Positions 1-14,048 of a DNA stretch of 64,000 bases are shown piece by piece. A model generated the notes under the pieces. That model was not told the origin of the DNA. It saw only the letters and a list, made by a program, of their open reading frames with translations, and did no database searches. Both the position numbers and the translations under genes were made by a program. Numbering within the stretch: the first letter of the stretch is position 1; each line of letters starts with the position of its first letter. The DNA comes from Malacoraja senta (taxonomy: Eukaryota): NCBI GenBank assembly GCA_038087875.1, contig CM075990.1:14572001-14636000 (forward strand), in the 5' to 3' direction.

Positions 1-214
1 TTCAAATGGAAAGTATAGTAAAGGGATTACATTTACTTCCTCTGCTGGCTGTAAGCATTTTCTGTTCTTGAGTGTTGGCAACATGGAGCCCGATGTTAAA
101 TTTAGTTGATCTTCAGAGCAAAATGGCCATTGCTGTTGGCAGTAAGCTGGTTGATTCCTGGTAGAGGTGCAAGATCTCTTGTGTCACAAATTGGAATGAT
201 TCACGGGTGTCAGA

Positions 215-523
215 GGCGTGGCGGGTGGAGCTGCTGCCTCAGGGTGCCATTGGCCCTAGTTTGATTCTGACCTTGGATGCTGCATGTGTGGAGTTTACAC
301 ATTCTCCCCGAGACCAAGTGAGCAGGTGCTCTGGTTTCCTCCCACATCCCCGAAACGTGTGGATTTGTTGGCTCATTGGCCTCTGTAAAATATCCTCCAG
401 CATATAGAGAACGGATGAGAACGTGAGATAACATAGAACTATTATGGAAAATGTCCATGGTAGGCATGGACTCAGTCAGCTGAAGGGTCTGTTTCCATGC
501 TGTATTTCTAAACTAAGCTAAAT
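215..523 (+). mobile_element. tRNA-derived SINE (V-SINE/HE1-like), diverged
   Basis: Degenerate A/B-box head, central GGTTTCCTCCCACA core, CR1-like tail ending in CTAAA repeats; similar to the copy at 29608. Confidence 0.8.
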
Positions 524-1119
524 CTGGTAGAGAAACATCCTGCAGTAGATGGACATTGTTAGATTGGAGATATTGAAGTTTTACACTCTATTTTCCCCAA
601 ATCACCTTTTTATCTGTGGGTGCTTGAAGCTAATGTAAAATACTGAAAGCCACAAAGAATTATACCCCCACCCTTGAAATATAGGGTTTAAAATACACAT
701 TTGATGTTCTTCCAATGTTTTTTTTGTTGCAATTTCTGTTTATATTATTTGCTGCTAATATATTTTGTATATTGTCAAACTGAGGGAAGGATATGCGATT
801 AGGATCCAATCTGGTTACACCCTTGCATCCTGTAACTACAGTGCCAGTGGAGATGCAGCAGAACCAAAGGCAGTTCAGTACAGACCCCCACCTATCCTAT
901 GCAGGAGAGTGCGTTTTCACATCTTCACCTGAAATCAATGAGAAATCCATTGACTTCAAAGGAGTGGATTTAAGAGGCAGAGTACATTGTGCTCCCATGT
1001 CACTTACTTACTGCAACTGACAGGCAATAATTTTCCTGGCAAATATACTTAACTACAACCGAACTGCATTGTCTCTCATGTCCCCTCTATTCCAATCAAT
1101 CCAATGGTTGATTTGAGAA

Positions 1120-1208
1120 ATTTCTTGTCTCTGAGTCAGAAGGTTTGTGGTTAAATCCCATTTAAGGCACAGGGAAATCTAATCCTAGTTCAGTATTGAG
1201 AGAATACT
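1120..1208 (+). mobile_element. Ancient DeuSINE/SacSINE-like head fragment
   Basis: TCTCTGAGTCAGAAGGTTTGTGGTTAAATCCCA...CAGTATTGAGAGAAT resembles the DeuSINE-type 5' region. Confidence 0.4.
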
Positions 1209-1210
1209 TA

Positions 1211-1520
1211 AGGTAGACATAAAATGCTGGAGGAACACAACTGGTCAGGCAGCATCTCTGGAGAAAAGTAATAGGTGACGTTTTGGGTCAGAACCCTTCT
1301 CCAGTCTGAAAGATGGAGAAGGCAAGAACAAACCAGGGCTGGCAACAGATGACCTCAGGAAGGGTGGAGTCCATAATGGCTCATTGTTGGCTGGGGAAGA
1401 TGTGCTAATGACAGGGATATGAGGATGTGAACAGTGGAACTAGAAGAGTGACTAGGGGGTGGGGGGTGGTGGTGGGGGAAGAGATGCAGGAGCTACTTGG
1501 AATTCGAGAAATCGATATTC
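1211..1520 (-). mobile_element. Penelope-like element 3' end
   Basis: Reverse complement of the Penelope terminal sequence seen at 1875-2292. Confidence 0.75.
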
Positions 1521-1699
1521 CCAGATAGTGTTACAGCTACAGAGAAAGTACAGATTAAAAAAAAAAAAAGTGCTGAGCTGTAACAATGTAGATTGTAAGA
1601 TGGCAGATACATTCTTAGCACGTGAGAGGTTCTTTCATCAGCATGGTAACCAATAGGGTTTTTATGTTTTTGTAATCCTAGGTCAATGTAACATAGACC

Positions 1700-2740
1700 C
1701 TAAAGATGGGGGGGGGGGGGGGGGGGGGGTTGATCCTGGAGGTCATGGCTCCCGGGCTCTTGCACCTTCTTCCCAATGGTCTCAGCAAGATGGAAGCGTG
1801 GCTTGGGTGGTGTGTGTCTTTAATATTAGCTGCCTTCTTGAGACAGTGCAGCTTACAACCCACCTTCTAACCCAGTTTACAAGAGCAGCTTACAACCCAG
1901 CGGTATGAATATTGATTTCTCTAACTTCAAGTAATCCTTGCATTGCCCTCTCTCCATCCTCCCCCACCCGTCTTCCTGGCTACAAAGTCATCTTGTTGAG
2001 TCTCATTGTCTGTAACCCGTTTTCACCTAAACATAGCTAACATTGGCCTGTTTCATTTATCATTGATACTTTTTTGCATATCTTTCATTAATTTGTTGTA
2101 TATCTCTCTAATTCACTGTCTCTCTCTCTCTCTCTCTTGTTTCCCTTTCCCCTGACTCTCGGGCTGAAGAAGGGACTCAACCCAAAACATAACCTATTCC
2201 TTTGCTCCAGAGATGCTGTCTGACCCGTTGAGTTACTACGGCCTTTTGTGTCACTTTGGTGTAAACCAACATCTGCAGTTCCTTCCTACACACTTCCGGT
2301 AGATCCCTTTGATGGTGAGGAGGTCAACTCCATGATATGACCAGGCAATCTCCTCCACTTTCTGCAGCCTCCTTTGTTCTCGGGCACCTCTGAACCAGGT
2401 GATGATGCAACCAGTCAGCATGCTATCTATCATATTAGATTGCATGCAGGCCACTGAGTTTTGACCTCCCTCTGTTCAAAACGTGATTTAGAATGGGAAT
2501 TCAATGTTGGCCTTAAGGAAGATAATGAAGTAAAGGCCAACTCTTGGACTGGCTGGGTGGTCCTTGCCAACTTGCAGGGAGTTCTTTATATGGTTATCAC
2601 TGACATATGCTGGTGCACTTCACTGAGGGTCACCATCATGTCATGGTTGAGCAGCTTGTGTGTTCCAAACATCCTGAGAGTTAAACTATCTGGAGCTATG
2701 CACCTAGCAGGGACACTCCTGGTGGACCGATCGAGAGGAG
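1700..2740 (-). mobile_element. Rex1/Babar LINE fragment, interrupted by a Penelope 3' end
   Basis: Minus-strand ORF 2251-2454 IDSMLTGCIITWF..RRLQKV resembles the Rex1 C-terminus (compare 19717). Confidence 0.65.
1875..2292 (+). mobile_element. Penelope-like element 3' end
   Basis: End of GIY-YIG coding region (CAACCCAGCGGTATGAATATTGATTTCTCT), pyrimidine tract, CTGAAGAAGGG terminal motif. Confidence 0.8.
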
Positions 2741-2749
2741 GAGGGGATT

Positions 2750-3098
2750 GTTCCTGACAAAATGCGGCCCAAAAAGAAGCCTTCAATGGTGGAACAGTTG
2801 GAATGGTGGAATGGGCTGGCCACCAGATGGAACAGTGCAATGGCTGAGAAGATGGAAGATGTTTGCATTGGGGACAGATCCCGACTGTGGTGGAGTCCAT
2901 GTGGTTGGATCTGTCTGTCTCTGTCTAGGACCGTGTGCTGGCTATACGTGTACTGGTCTCCCCATGTTACAAGTTGTTTGTCTGGAGAATTACAGTCTGT
3001 AGCTCCAGGATTGACTTCTGCAGCCAACTCGTGACGCGTGGAAAGGACTCACCAGGAGGACAACCATACTCTGTTATAATGATGATGATGATGATGAT
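2750..3098 (+). mobile_element. Probable RTE LINE 3' end with (ATG)n tail
   Basis: CSSRIDFCSQL resembles the RTE C-terminal C.SRIGL.SH motif; followed by an (ATG)n microsatellite tail. Confidence 0.4.
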
Positions 3099-5780
3099 GC
3101 TAGTGCAGGGCAAAAGCAACGTTAATCTAACTGGTCACTCCACACAGCTAACTGCGTTGATCTGACTCCGAAAAGGCTCTCACGAACAACCCACTCTCCC
3201 TGATCAGCTGATTTTTTTTCCATGCTGAAAGGAACAATTAGCCTCTGTTGTACATCACTCCCTGAAGGTATAATTGAGATATGAACGTTGTGCCTGAATC
3301 TTATTCCATAAAGTAATGCACCAAAACACCAAAGTTGCTCTGCTAATGATCACATGATTGTAGATTTGAACAGCAACTCAATTATTCAATTTTCTCATTA
3401 TATGTAATAACCATCCAGTGAAATCTTTATAAACCACCTTAAATGTTTGCTAGAACTGTGTACACACAGGAGCAAATAGTATTCACCATTGTATTTTATT
3501 GAACACAATTTTTTCGTACAAGTTCATTTTAAAAGTAAGTAAGTTTATTGGCCAAGTATTCACATACAAGGAATTTGCCTTGGTGCTCCACCCACAAGTA
3601 ACAACATGACATACAGTAACAGTTACGAATGACTCAGAAAACACTAAACATTAATAATAATAAAACATTAATGATAAAACACCATTGATCAAGCAAGGCA
3701 AAGACCTCCTGTACCCCATAACAATTGCCAATGCACGTTGGTCAGAACAGTGTGTCACTATCTGGTAGTGCCAGTGTTCTCCGTTTTCAGTCTCAACATG
3801 TTTAGAATGATAAGCCCAGGGTTCCTGCTGCTCTGTTTGCCTCTATTCGTACTGCAAAGATCTGCTCCTTTCTGAGGAGGAACCCTCGGTCTCTGTATGA
3901 CCCTTGCAGTTTCAATGTGTAGACTAGGACTATACTTCCTGACACCATGTTTCCCTCTTGCAAGGTGTTCTGGTGCAGATAGACACAAAATGCGGGAGTA
4001 GCTCAGCGGGTCAGGCAGCATCTCTGGAGAAAAGGAATAGGTGACGTTTCGGGTTGAGACCCTTAATCAGACTGGACATTCATCAGAGCCTTCTGGTGCA
4101 GAGTTGGTACTTTGATGAGCAAGTATTGGAAAACATCCCAGGAGAAACTTCCAATCAAACTTCTGAACGGTGCTTTCATAAGCTGGGGTACAGTCCTGGT
4201 TTTCCAATCTACCTCATTGGGGAACATTGGAACTACAATGCTAAGCAACTATATTCGGCACTGATATCTTTTGCTTCGCTCTACCTTTTATATTTATCGT
4301 GATGGTAGTCATGTTTAGCATTATCAAATTTGATTGGACAGCACTCAAACAAAAGCTTTTCACTTTACTTTGGTGCAAATGACAATAATAAACCTAAATA
4401 ATAGTTTGGGACAAAAGATAGACAACAAAGGTGGAGTAACTCAGGCAGCATCTCTGGAGAGAAGGAATGGGTGACATTTCTGGTCGAGACCCTTCTTCAG
4501 ACGCGTTATTTCTTGTTGCACTTGGGAATGCACTGCTGCATCGGAAAAATGGTGAATGTCTTCAGCAGCTTAAGTGGACAAACACGGCCAAAGATCCCAC
4601 ATTTTTCAACAAATTTGCAAATTCTGCCAAGGTCGGATTTGAATCCATTGTCTTGGCTTGCGTTGGTTGCTTATTTACACATTTTCCAAGACTACACATC
4701 TCCTCTCAATGCTAAGTGCCTGTTCAATATTTAAGTTGTTCTGCATATTGATAAGGTATTAATAATGGAAAATCTGGCATTTGACGTTGATTTATTGGCA
4801 TCGTCCAATTTACATGTGTCTATTTGTCGCCCAATACAAAGTGTATAGGTGTAAAACTGTCTGAATCTGCCGTGAAATATTCGCCGCCTTTCCACACAAG
4901 GAGGAAGAAAACTGACAAATGTTACTACTTGTGTAAAATATCCATTGCAGGCCAATTGCCTGTTAACGGAGGAGCTGATTTTCATTTGCCTCGATCTACC
5001 CACATGCAAATAAAAACGGCCAGTCTAAAAACAAGTTAATCCACAACTCTCAGATGTGACATATTAAAATCTACTCCGAGCTGCATGTACACCAGTTTCT
5101 TCAGCTAAGCTGGTTACTAACCATGCTGTTGATATGTGGGGTACTTTTTCGTGACATAGTTGTAATATGTTGACAATCTGACTATCTGAGAATGTAACTA
5201 ATTTTAAATTAATGCGATCCATCCTTGTGTACATCAAATGTACAGTTCTTTAAGAGCAATGTGATAGGTTTTATTTTAACTTGACAGGCAATTGATTGAG
5301 AATATTTGGAAGGGGAAAGTACAACTGCAGCAAAATGGTTCTAATTTATGTAGATTATAGTCAATTGAGGTTTTTCTTATCTTGACAGTTATGGATGTAC
5401 AGTATGTTTGGGTTTCAGCACAGTCGGTTGGAACCAAATAATGGCTGCAGGTGGTTTAAATTCGCATTCTTATGAAGAGCAAATTGTTGCCACAGTCGAG
5501 GTTAATTCTCAAGACATTTTCTTTTTCCGTGGGGGAGAAAAACTGCAGCAACCAAGTACCTGACAAATTGGTAAGACCGAATTTTTAATGAAGGTTTTCT
5601 TGAAGAAACCAATGTTGAGAGCAGAATTAAATGTTAAGTTATCAGAGGAGTGACATGTGATTGTCTCCAGCCCATGTAGCGCAGTGGGAGGCGAGCTTCA
5701 TGATAATCCCAGTGGGCCCAGTGGAACTCGAGCAGCCTGGGGTCTATTAAAAGAGGCACCCCGAAGGTAGTAGTTGTTTA

Positions 5781-6150
5781 GAAACATAGAAAATAGGTGC
5801 AGGACGCCCTTCGAGCCAGCACCACCATTCAATATGATCACTGCTGATCATCTAAAATCAGTATCCCGTTCCTGCTTCCTCCCCATATCCCTTGATTCTG
5901 TTACCCCTCAGAGCTATATTTAACTCTCTCTTGAAAACACGCAGTGAATTGTCCTCTGTGGCAGAGAATTCCACAGATTCACAACTCTCTGGATGAAAAG
6001 GTTTTACCTCATCTCAGTCCTAAATGGCCCAGCCCGTATACTTAAACTGTGATCCCTGGTTCTGGAAGCCGCCAACATGGGAACGCCCTCATCTAGCCTG
6101 TCCAATCCCTTAAGAATTTTATGTTTCTATAAGATTCCCTCTCATCCTTT
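5781..6150 (-). mobile_element. CR1 LINE 3' fragment
   Basis: Matches CR1 3' end at 33887-34399 (AGAAACATAG tail, CACAGATTCACAACTCTCTGG). Confidence 0.85.
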
Positions 6151-6779
6151 GCTTGGGAAGGTTTAATGGGTGAGGAGAATACTCAAAGTGGCAGTGTCCC
6201 TGATTTCTTTGTGGGGCCTCAGGAAAATAATATGCTTTCTCTTAACCTGACAGTATCTATGTGATGCAGAATATTTGCCCTGAGCAATGAGGATCTCAAT
6301 CAGGACCACTGCTCTGTGGGAGATTTGTATGTTTTAGACTTCCTTCCCCAGAATCACATCATGTATTGCCTTTCTGCTGGCTGGTTAGCATGCAACAAGA
6401 GCTTTACCCTGTAACTCGGTACACGTGACACTGATCTAAACTCAAACTCGTACAGTATATAATCTTCAGCATGTGAGAAATATCTGATTATGGGGAACTT
6501 TGAACAAATTGAACATTTTTCTTTTGATTTTTCCTTCATTATGGACTCTTGGTCACTCTTGCAATGGACAAATGTAGGGGTTTGATGAATTTTCACGAAA
6601 TTTACAATGCTGTGTCTAATTTTTGTCATCAGTCCTGATATTATTTTATTCTTAAACAGTTGTACTTATGCACAAAGGTGTATTATTTTCTTGCGCATGT
6701 GATGAGAAATAGTTGTTTGATTTATATTGTAGCTGTAAGATGCTGTCTGAGCAATCCTACACATCTGCATTGAACCATC

Positions 6780-6985
6780 TGCGAGTTTAGGATCAGTACA
6801 GCAATGGTTGAATATAGAACATGTACTGTATCTTTTGCAAGATGCGAATATCATGCGGATATCCATTATGTATCTATACACTGTAAATGGCTCAATTGTA
6901 ATCATGTATTGTCTTACAGCTGACTGGAGAGCATGCAACAACAGTTTTTCACTGTACCTCAGTGCACATGACAATAAACTAAACT
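6780..6985 (+). mobile_element. Rex1/Babar-type 3' tail
   Basis: TTTTCACTGTACCTCAGTGCACATGACAATAAACTAAAC tail; related copies at about 6355-6445 and 23905-24110. Confidence 0.6.
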
Positions 6986-8290
6986 GATATCTTTTTGCAT
7001 ATAACATTTTAAATGTTCTGAATTATCGCTACCAGCTTTGAAGGATCATGTGGTTTATTGTTTGAGAAAAGAAACAATGCCGTCATTTTAAGTATGATAC
7101 ATTTTTATTTGAATATGAATTTGCATGTTTTTATGCCTCCCAGAATTATTGTGAATGTCAGTCACTTTAAACCCTGAAAGTATCTCAGTTTGTGTTACAT
7201 CATTAGTCAAGGTTCCCTACCTGGTTTGTACGCATTTTGCCGGTTTTAAACCCATGACTAAATTACCATTTTCCAGTCGTGAGGCTTTTTTGCTTAATCT
7301 TACACCACAGTTATTAAGTCCTGCCTTACAGATGTACCATGTAATAGGCTGATGATTTAAATGTATGGCAGCTTTACCCAAGGTCGTCTTCCAACAAATG
7401 GAGAAAACGTTTAAAACTTAGGCCATTTGAATTAAATTATTTTGATTGAATAATGAAATTTCCAGACCATCTAACAGGCTTATGAACATTAGCAAAGATA
7501 ATGGCATTTAAAAAAAACCTTGACTGGTTAAAACTTTGATTCTTTGGAAAGATTTTACATGTTCTGGTATTTGATTATTCTATCAAACAAGTTTGGCGAA
7601 AACCTCTTCGCAATTAGTCTAATTAAAACTGGTCTAAGCTTTGAATATTTTCTCCATCCATCATCAGTTAATTTTGGTGACCTCCAAATGCCCATTACCA
7701 CCAAATGCAAAGCCCTCTTTGTGCACCAGTTTCTAACGTTTGTGGTCCCTCAAAGAACTAGTGCCGTTTTACATTAGGAATCAAATAAATCTACGTTATC
7801 TGTAGTTTCCTTTGGCCTCCGAGACCAACATTATCCATATTTTTTTCCAGTGCAGCTGCAAACTTCTCTAATATGTTTCATCATTGGCAAGATCATGGGC
7901 CTCTAATTAGGAGGCCTCCCACAGTCACAGTAGTAAGTAAACCCCCATCTCAAACTTTGACCCCACCTTTATATTCCATCATCCCTTGAGAAGAAATGTT
8001 GATTCTGTTCCTCTCTCATCAGATGCTGTCAAACCTGTTGGGTATTTCCAGCATTTTAATCCCACCATTGTAGAGTCAGAAGAGAACAAGGTGACATTAC
8101 AAACAAATTAGGAGAAACTGACAATGTTTTTCTCCTGGCTCTTTGATCACAGTTGAAGACTTGGTGCAGATATGCCACGTAGAAGGAAAACTAAACATGG
8201 AAAGGGTGAGATTCCAATACATATAAAGAGGATTAGAAGTATGGGAAATGAAGCAAGATAGAGCAAGATTTCTGTTGTATTGGACATACA

Positions 8291-8560
8291 CTTTGTAGAT
8301 TTAAAAAAAAACACAAACTGCTGGAGGAACTGAATGGGTCAAGCAGTATCTATGGACAGACAACATTTTTGCTTCAAGTTGTCTGTTCATTTTCCTTTTC
8401 ATTTAAAAAAAAACTTTGTATATAAAAAAAAATAAACAGCTGGAGGAACTGAATGGGTCAAGTAGTATCTATGGACAGACAACATTTTTGCTTCGAGTTG
8501 TCTGTGCATTTTCCTCCTCGGATGCTGCCTGACCTACTGAGTTCCTCCAGCAGTTTTTTT
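8291..8560. repeat. ~120-bp direct duplication of a Penelope end; second copy is a fold-back
   Basis: GCTGGAGGAACTGAATGGGTCAAG.AGTATCTATGGACAGACAACATTTTTGCTTC occurs at about 8320 and 8439. Confidence 0.75.
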
Positions 8561-10444
8561 TCATCAAAAGTACTGAGAATTCCAACATTCACTGGATGGG
8601 ATCAAGCCCCTTTTTCAATATGTTCCACGTCATCAAAAGCTTCTAAATTGAGGGTTCTTCAGGAATGTTTGCTGCTGTTTTAACTCTGTCTATATGGTAT
8701 TGTGGGGCCTTTTGCCCTTTGAGTTGAATGACAAAGGCACATAATTTTCACGTTTAAATAACACTGAAAACCGCACGACTTCAAGGAAGTATTTGTAATA
8801 CTGTTTAGCTTTTTGAACAAGTTCCTTAAAATGCAAGGAACTTGGGACCTGAAATTGTACAGGGGTAGTAAATTATTACAAGTGGGTGAACTCCTTAGCT
8901 AAATTAGTGAGAAAAGGTCCAGGTCACCATATTAAGCATTTGGATACTATTATTTCCAATTATGTAATTTAAAAGTCTCTGCATTGCTGATGCCCAAAAT
9001 CTCTTTTTCTCAGTTAATTTTTTTTTGGTTAGCTCCCACTATTTACTAAAGTACTGGCTTATGATTCAAGCACTTAGTTTACTTCCATCATTCCTTATCA
9101 AACTGTCCTCCTTTCACCAGTTATTTATGTGAATATAAAAGTACTCTGTCTTTTTCTCTTAGTTTTCCAATAGAAACTGAAAGCTCTTCACTCTCTGTAA
9201 AGTGATTGAGAAGTCATGGACAACATAACACATATACAAGTTCTTTTCTTCTCATTCACTTACTTAAATTGACAAATCAACATAGGAAAATACTCAAGGA
9301 GCTACTTCTCAGAAAAACTACTTATCTTGCTTGCAGCCAAAAATGACAGAATAATTTCTCTTGCATTTGAGACTGCAGTGATGGATGTTTCGATCAGATG
9401 TTCGTTGAACTGATGCCTCAGCTCAGCATCAAAAGACCTCTTAGAATCCTCCTGTTGCGAAACATAAGTACCTTCAGTGTTGCAAGATTTCCCACCTCGA
9501 CTGATATTGGTGCTTAGTTTTTTTTTTAGAGAATGTAACATCAAGAAACACAGAGAGAGGGAATTTGTTTAATTCTTAACCATTTTATGATGTTTAAAGG
9601 CCAAGAAGATGGATTTCATCCTTTAGTTGAGTGCTAATGACCAATTGGAAATTCTGCAATGTCATGAAATTGGTCAATCGCATCTTAGGGACAGTTTATG
9701 CCCAGAAACGTACGCCATTATAGGACTTGCACATTGGGATCAGACTAGATTTTACACAGCTTACAATGCTGCTGAGGATTATTCAGAGATGTGTCTAAAA
9801 CCCTCAAGGCTGAGCAGTGCACAAGGCATCTGTTCACCAGGAACACACGTTGTGGGTGTCCTGGCAGTCAAAGCACATGCAGGAAGAAGGGATGGGGCTG
9901 GGGGGAGGGGGGAGCTCCAAGATTTAATCTCACAGGGATATGGAATTCCTCCTTGAGGCAATGCCTGCCAGGAGGGAGGTCCGTGACACCGGTGGGACCA
10001 GGAGACTATCTAAGGCTGCTATCGAAAGAGCTTGCAGGAGATGACTTTGACTATGTTCATTTGTGAGAACCCCCACTTACTCGAAAAAATGCGCAAAAAG
10101 ATAATTGCCCTCACGAGATAGGCAAGTGCAAGCTGACGTCACTTGTAGTCAAGTCAAGTTTATTTGTCACATACACATACGAGATGGGTAGTGAAATGAA
10201 AAGTGGCAATGCTCGCGGACTTTGTGCAAAACAAACAAACAAACAAACAAGCAAACTACAACAGAATGGAAGAATAGAATCACATATTCATTTACATATT
10301 AAATGATTGTAATGAAACATTGCAATAATTGGATACATTGTTTGTACAATGATGTGTTACCAACAGTGCAGTTTGCGTAAAAATGTAAGGATTTTTTGTA
10401 GTGATCTGGACTGTTTTGCCATATTGTTGCTGTTGAGAATTGGG

Positions 10445-11197
10445 GAAACACAAGGAACTGCAGATGCGAGAGCCTGAGCAAAGCACCAAGTGCTGGAAGA
10501 TCTCAGCGGGCCAGGCAGCATCTGTGGAGGGAAAGTACAAGCATTCTTCCGGACTGGGTAGGAAAGAACTGCAGATGCTGGTTTAAATCAAAGGTAGACC
10601 AAAAAATGCTGGAGTAACTCGGCTGGACAGGCAGCATCTCTGGAGAAGGAATGGTTTCAGGTCGAGACCCTTCTTCAGGCTGATTTACCTTCTTCTTCCG
10701 GACTGGGACAAATTCATCCTATTTCTAGGCTAAAGAGTTTTTCATTCATTATTTTGAAATACAGGTTTTACTGGAAACCAATGTGAATAATGTCTGAAGA
10801 AGGGTTTCGGCCCGAAACGTTGCCTATTTCCTTCGCTCCATAGATGCTGCTGCACCCGCTGAGTTTCTCCAGCATTTTTGTGTACCTTCGATTTTCCAGC
10901 CTCTGCAGTTCCTTCTTTAACACTGAATACTATAGTTCCTTGAATGTTTTGCTCTCACATGCAAAGAATTTATAACATAAATTAACGGCTTATTATCGTC
11001 ACTAATATAGAAATACAAGGAAAGAACTCCAGAGGCTGGTTTACACCAAAGATAGACACAAAATGCTGGAGTAACTCAGTGGGATAGGCAGCCTCTCTGG
11101 AGAAAAGGAATGGGTGATGTTTTGAGAGCGTCACCCATTTCTCTCCAGAGATGCTGCCTGTCCTGCTGAATTACCCTAGCATTTTGTGTGTATCTTC
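10445..11197. mobile_element. Cluster of Penelope terminal fragments in both orientations
   Basis: Four or more copies of the GGAACTGCAGATGC/CTGAAGAAGGG terminal unit (10445-, 10557-, 10792+, 11018 fold-back). Confidence 0.8.
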
Positions 11198-11369
11198 ACT
11201 GCAATGTAAAACTTTGTTTTGTATGCCTTCCAATTATAATGTTGCATTATTTCTCAATTAAACAATGTATGTTGATATAAGAAATAATGGATATTCACTT
11301 CAATCACTACTTCAGCTTATTTTGTGTCACCTGCAGGATATGGCCCCAGATATAAGACCTAAATGTCGT

Positions 11370-11740
11370 ACAGCATGGAAACAGACCCTTTGGTCTGACT
11401 CATCCATGCTGACCAAGATATCCAATTTAAGCTATAGTCCTATTTGCTATTTAGTCCTATTTACCTGTGTTTGGCCCATATCCCTTTAATTCTTTCCTAT
11501 CCATGAACCTGTCCAAGTGTCTTTAAAATGCTTTTAAAGTATCTACCTCAACTCCACCCTCTTGCAGCTTGTTCCCCATCGCCCCTACTTTCTAAGTGGA
11601 AAAAGTTGCCCATCAGTTTCATGTTAAATCTTGCCCCTCTCACCTTAAACATACATCCTCTTGTTTTTGATTTTCCTACGCTCTGGAAAAGATTGCGCAT
11701 TCACCCTAACTATTCCCCTCATGATTTTATACACCTCTAT
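11370..11740 (-). mobile_element. CR1 LINE 3' fragment
   Basis: CR1 tail hairpin and CCCCTCTCACCTTAAAC ORF2-end sequence. Confidence 0.75.
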
Positions 11741-13069
11741 AACTGCATGTCCCCATCAATACAAGTGCATGTAAGCAAAGAAGGAAATTCTGAAAACTAT
11801 TTTTAATTTGAAAATGTAAAATTGGTGAAGTATTGATTACAGAAAGTAGTATGGATTATTAAAGGCCAAATCGTCAAAAGCAAATGAGATGTGGGGGAAG
11901 GGGAATTACCCCATCTGGTATCTCTGCAACTCGATTGTTTGTCATATTGCCATGAGTAGATACAAAATTATACCTCATAAGATGTGTCCAATATATCAGT
12001 GGGTAGAAGGTAGATACAAAATGCTGGTGTAACTCAGTGGGTGAGGCATTATCTCTGGAGAAAAGGAATGGGTGATGTTTCAGATCAAGACCCTTCTTCA
12101 GACCATCATACTATCAATGGGTAGTATTGATGGATGTGACGGATATTCAATACCCTACACAATTCATTGCAAAGAATATAAATACCCAGACCTTTTTTTA
12201 ATTGCATGAATGAATATGGGTAATTTTTATAATCCTCAGAGCTTTGTTTTGAAATATTTCTATATATGTGTTTGGAATTACAGGCTTCATACTCCAACCA
12301 TTTCAACTTAAAAATGAGACTATAAATGTTTCCACATGCTTCACTTCTTGCAGGGAAAAAGTTCAGCTTATCAGCAGAAGTTTGTATGCAATGTCTTTAA
12401 TCAGTCTGCAGCTAATTAGTGGTGTTCCACACAATGAGTCCGCAAGTCATTAATCATGTGAACTATATGCAGTCAGCTCCACGCACGACATTTTAAGAAA
12501 AGTGTTTTCTCATTCAGGATGGACTTCAAACTTGTAAGATTGCCTTTCATAGTGAATAATGAATGAATTATGGGCCTTGTCCAGCTGTGACAGATGAGGG
12601 ACCTCTGTTTAGTTACAAAACAGCCTTCTCACTTGCTGCTTCAAAAGAGACTGAATTTAAAAAAAAATAAAAAATGTAAACTGTTCTGCTTTCCATCTTG
12701 TGTCCACAAGTCTCGGAATGATGATTAAATGAAAAAGGGTTGTTAAATATATTTCAGACCTTTTGTACGAAAAATATGTGAAAAGGATTTTCGCTTTTCA
12801 CCCCTAGAGTGGCTCTTGTCACTCTCTGAGGGACTTCTTGAATCTCATTATAATCTTAATTTCTTAGTTTCTCTGCATACTTTATTTTCCATTTTTGGTT
12901 GGCCCTGTGGTCACTAGTCCACAGCTTTCCTTCAGTCTTTGACGGAGAGGGCAATCCATGCCAAGATTCCCCATCGCCTTGCCGTGAACTTGTAGAAATT
13001 ACCGATGCATGTTAACCCTACTTCATACATTGGTAATACCCTCTCCCATAACTCAGAGTGAATGCTGGA

Positions 13070-13340
13070 AGAGGCAAAGTTTGGAGGAGGTGCGTGGGTC
13101 AAGTTTTTTTGCATAGAGGATGGTGGTGGGTAACTGGAATATGCTGCCTGGGGTGGGTGGTGGAGGCAGACACGATAGTGGTGTTTAAGAAACTTTTAGA
13201 TAGGCACATGGATCGGCAGGGAATGGAGGGATATAGATCATGTGCAGGTAGAGGAGATTAGTTTGCTTAGGTATCAGGTTTGGCACACACGTTGTGGGCC
13301 AAAGGATGTTCCTGTGTTGTACGGTTCTATGTTCTATGAT
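13070..13340 (+). mobile_element. CR1 LINE 3' fragment
   Basis: ORF ...VVEADTIVVFKKLLDRHMD, typical CR1 ORF2 C-terminus; TTCTATG tail. Confidence 0.8.
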
Positions 13341-13507
13341 CTGAAACTAGGGATCCTGAGGGACTTGGAGAATGTTGTGTTGTTGAACATACTGTCAAAA
13401 CTTGTAGCACAGAAGGAGGATAGTTGGCCCATTGTGACTCTGACTGGTCTCTATGAAAAATAAAATGCCTTCCAGCCCACCCACCCCCATCTCATCAGCG
13501 ACCTACT

Positions 13508-13646
13508 GGGGTGGGAGATTGCAACCTTTATGTGGTCCATGCTGTTTCAACTAATACAATCAACCCAACGTGCACAAACAAATAGATGTAGTTTTTCATG
13601 CCACTTGATCTACAACTTTAGGCCCAGCACGCCATACGCAAGAAGA
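13508..13646 (+). mobile_element. Ribozyme-headed short retroposon, diverged copy
   Basis: GGGGTGGGAGATTGCAACC start, GCACGCCATACGCAAGAAG end, imperfect TSD AGC..CCTACT; homologous to copies at 32780 and 57256. Confidence 0.8.
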
Positions 13647-14048
13647 AGCTGCCTACTTCAAATATTTTGTATTTTGTTAATTCTGGCCAAATTGGAGATG
13701 CCAGGACATTAAAATTGAGTAAAGGCTTCTGTGCTGCTAGGCCATATGGTCAATTTAAATGTGCCTTCTGCAGAAATGGGACAAGCTGCAGAATGGTGCC
13801 AGCTTGTCTGGAGCCCAGATAAGAGTTGCAGGGAAAGAATGGAACATCTGCAGATTCTTACAATTAGGTGAAAATTGCATGAAACGGATTGGGTGAATGC
13901 AAACCAGACATACATATTGTTAATAATGTTGCAAAGCTTTACTTTGCTAGATGTTGATTGGGTTAAGTGTTGAGCCTTGACTGGGTTTCTCGAATATCTA
14001 GGCAAATGTTGCTGTTTGCTTCCTTCCAGAAGCTCCTTTCGAATACAA

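Noticed and set aside
9302..9544. 80-aa minus-strand ORF in unique sequence
   Set aside because: No recognisable homology, runs through a poly(A) tract, no convincing splice sites
10134..10141. Perfect CRE palindrome TGACGTCA
   Set aside because: One 8-mer in 64 kb is about chance expectation; no supporting context
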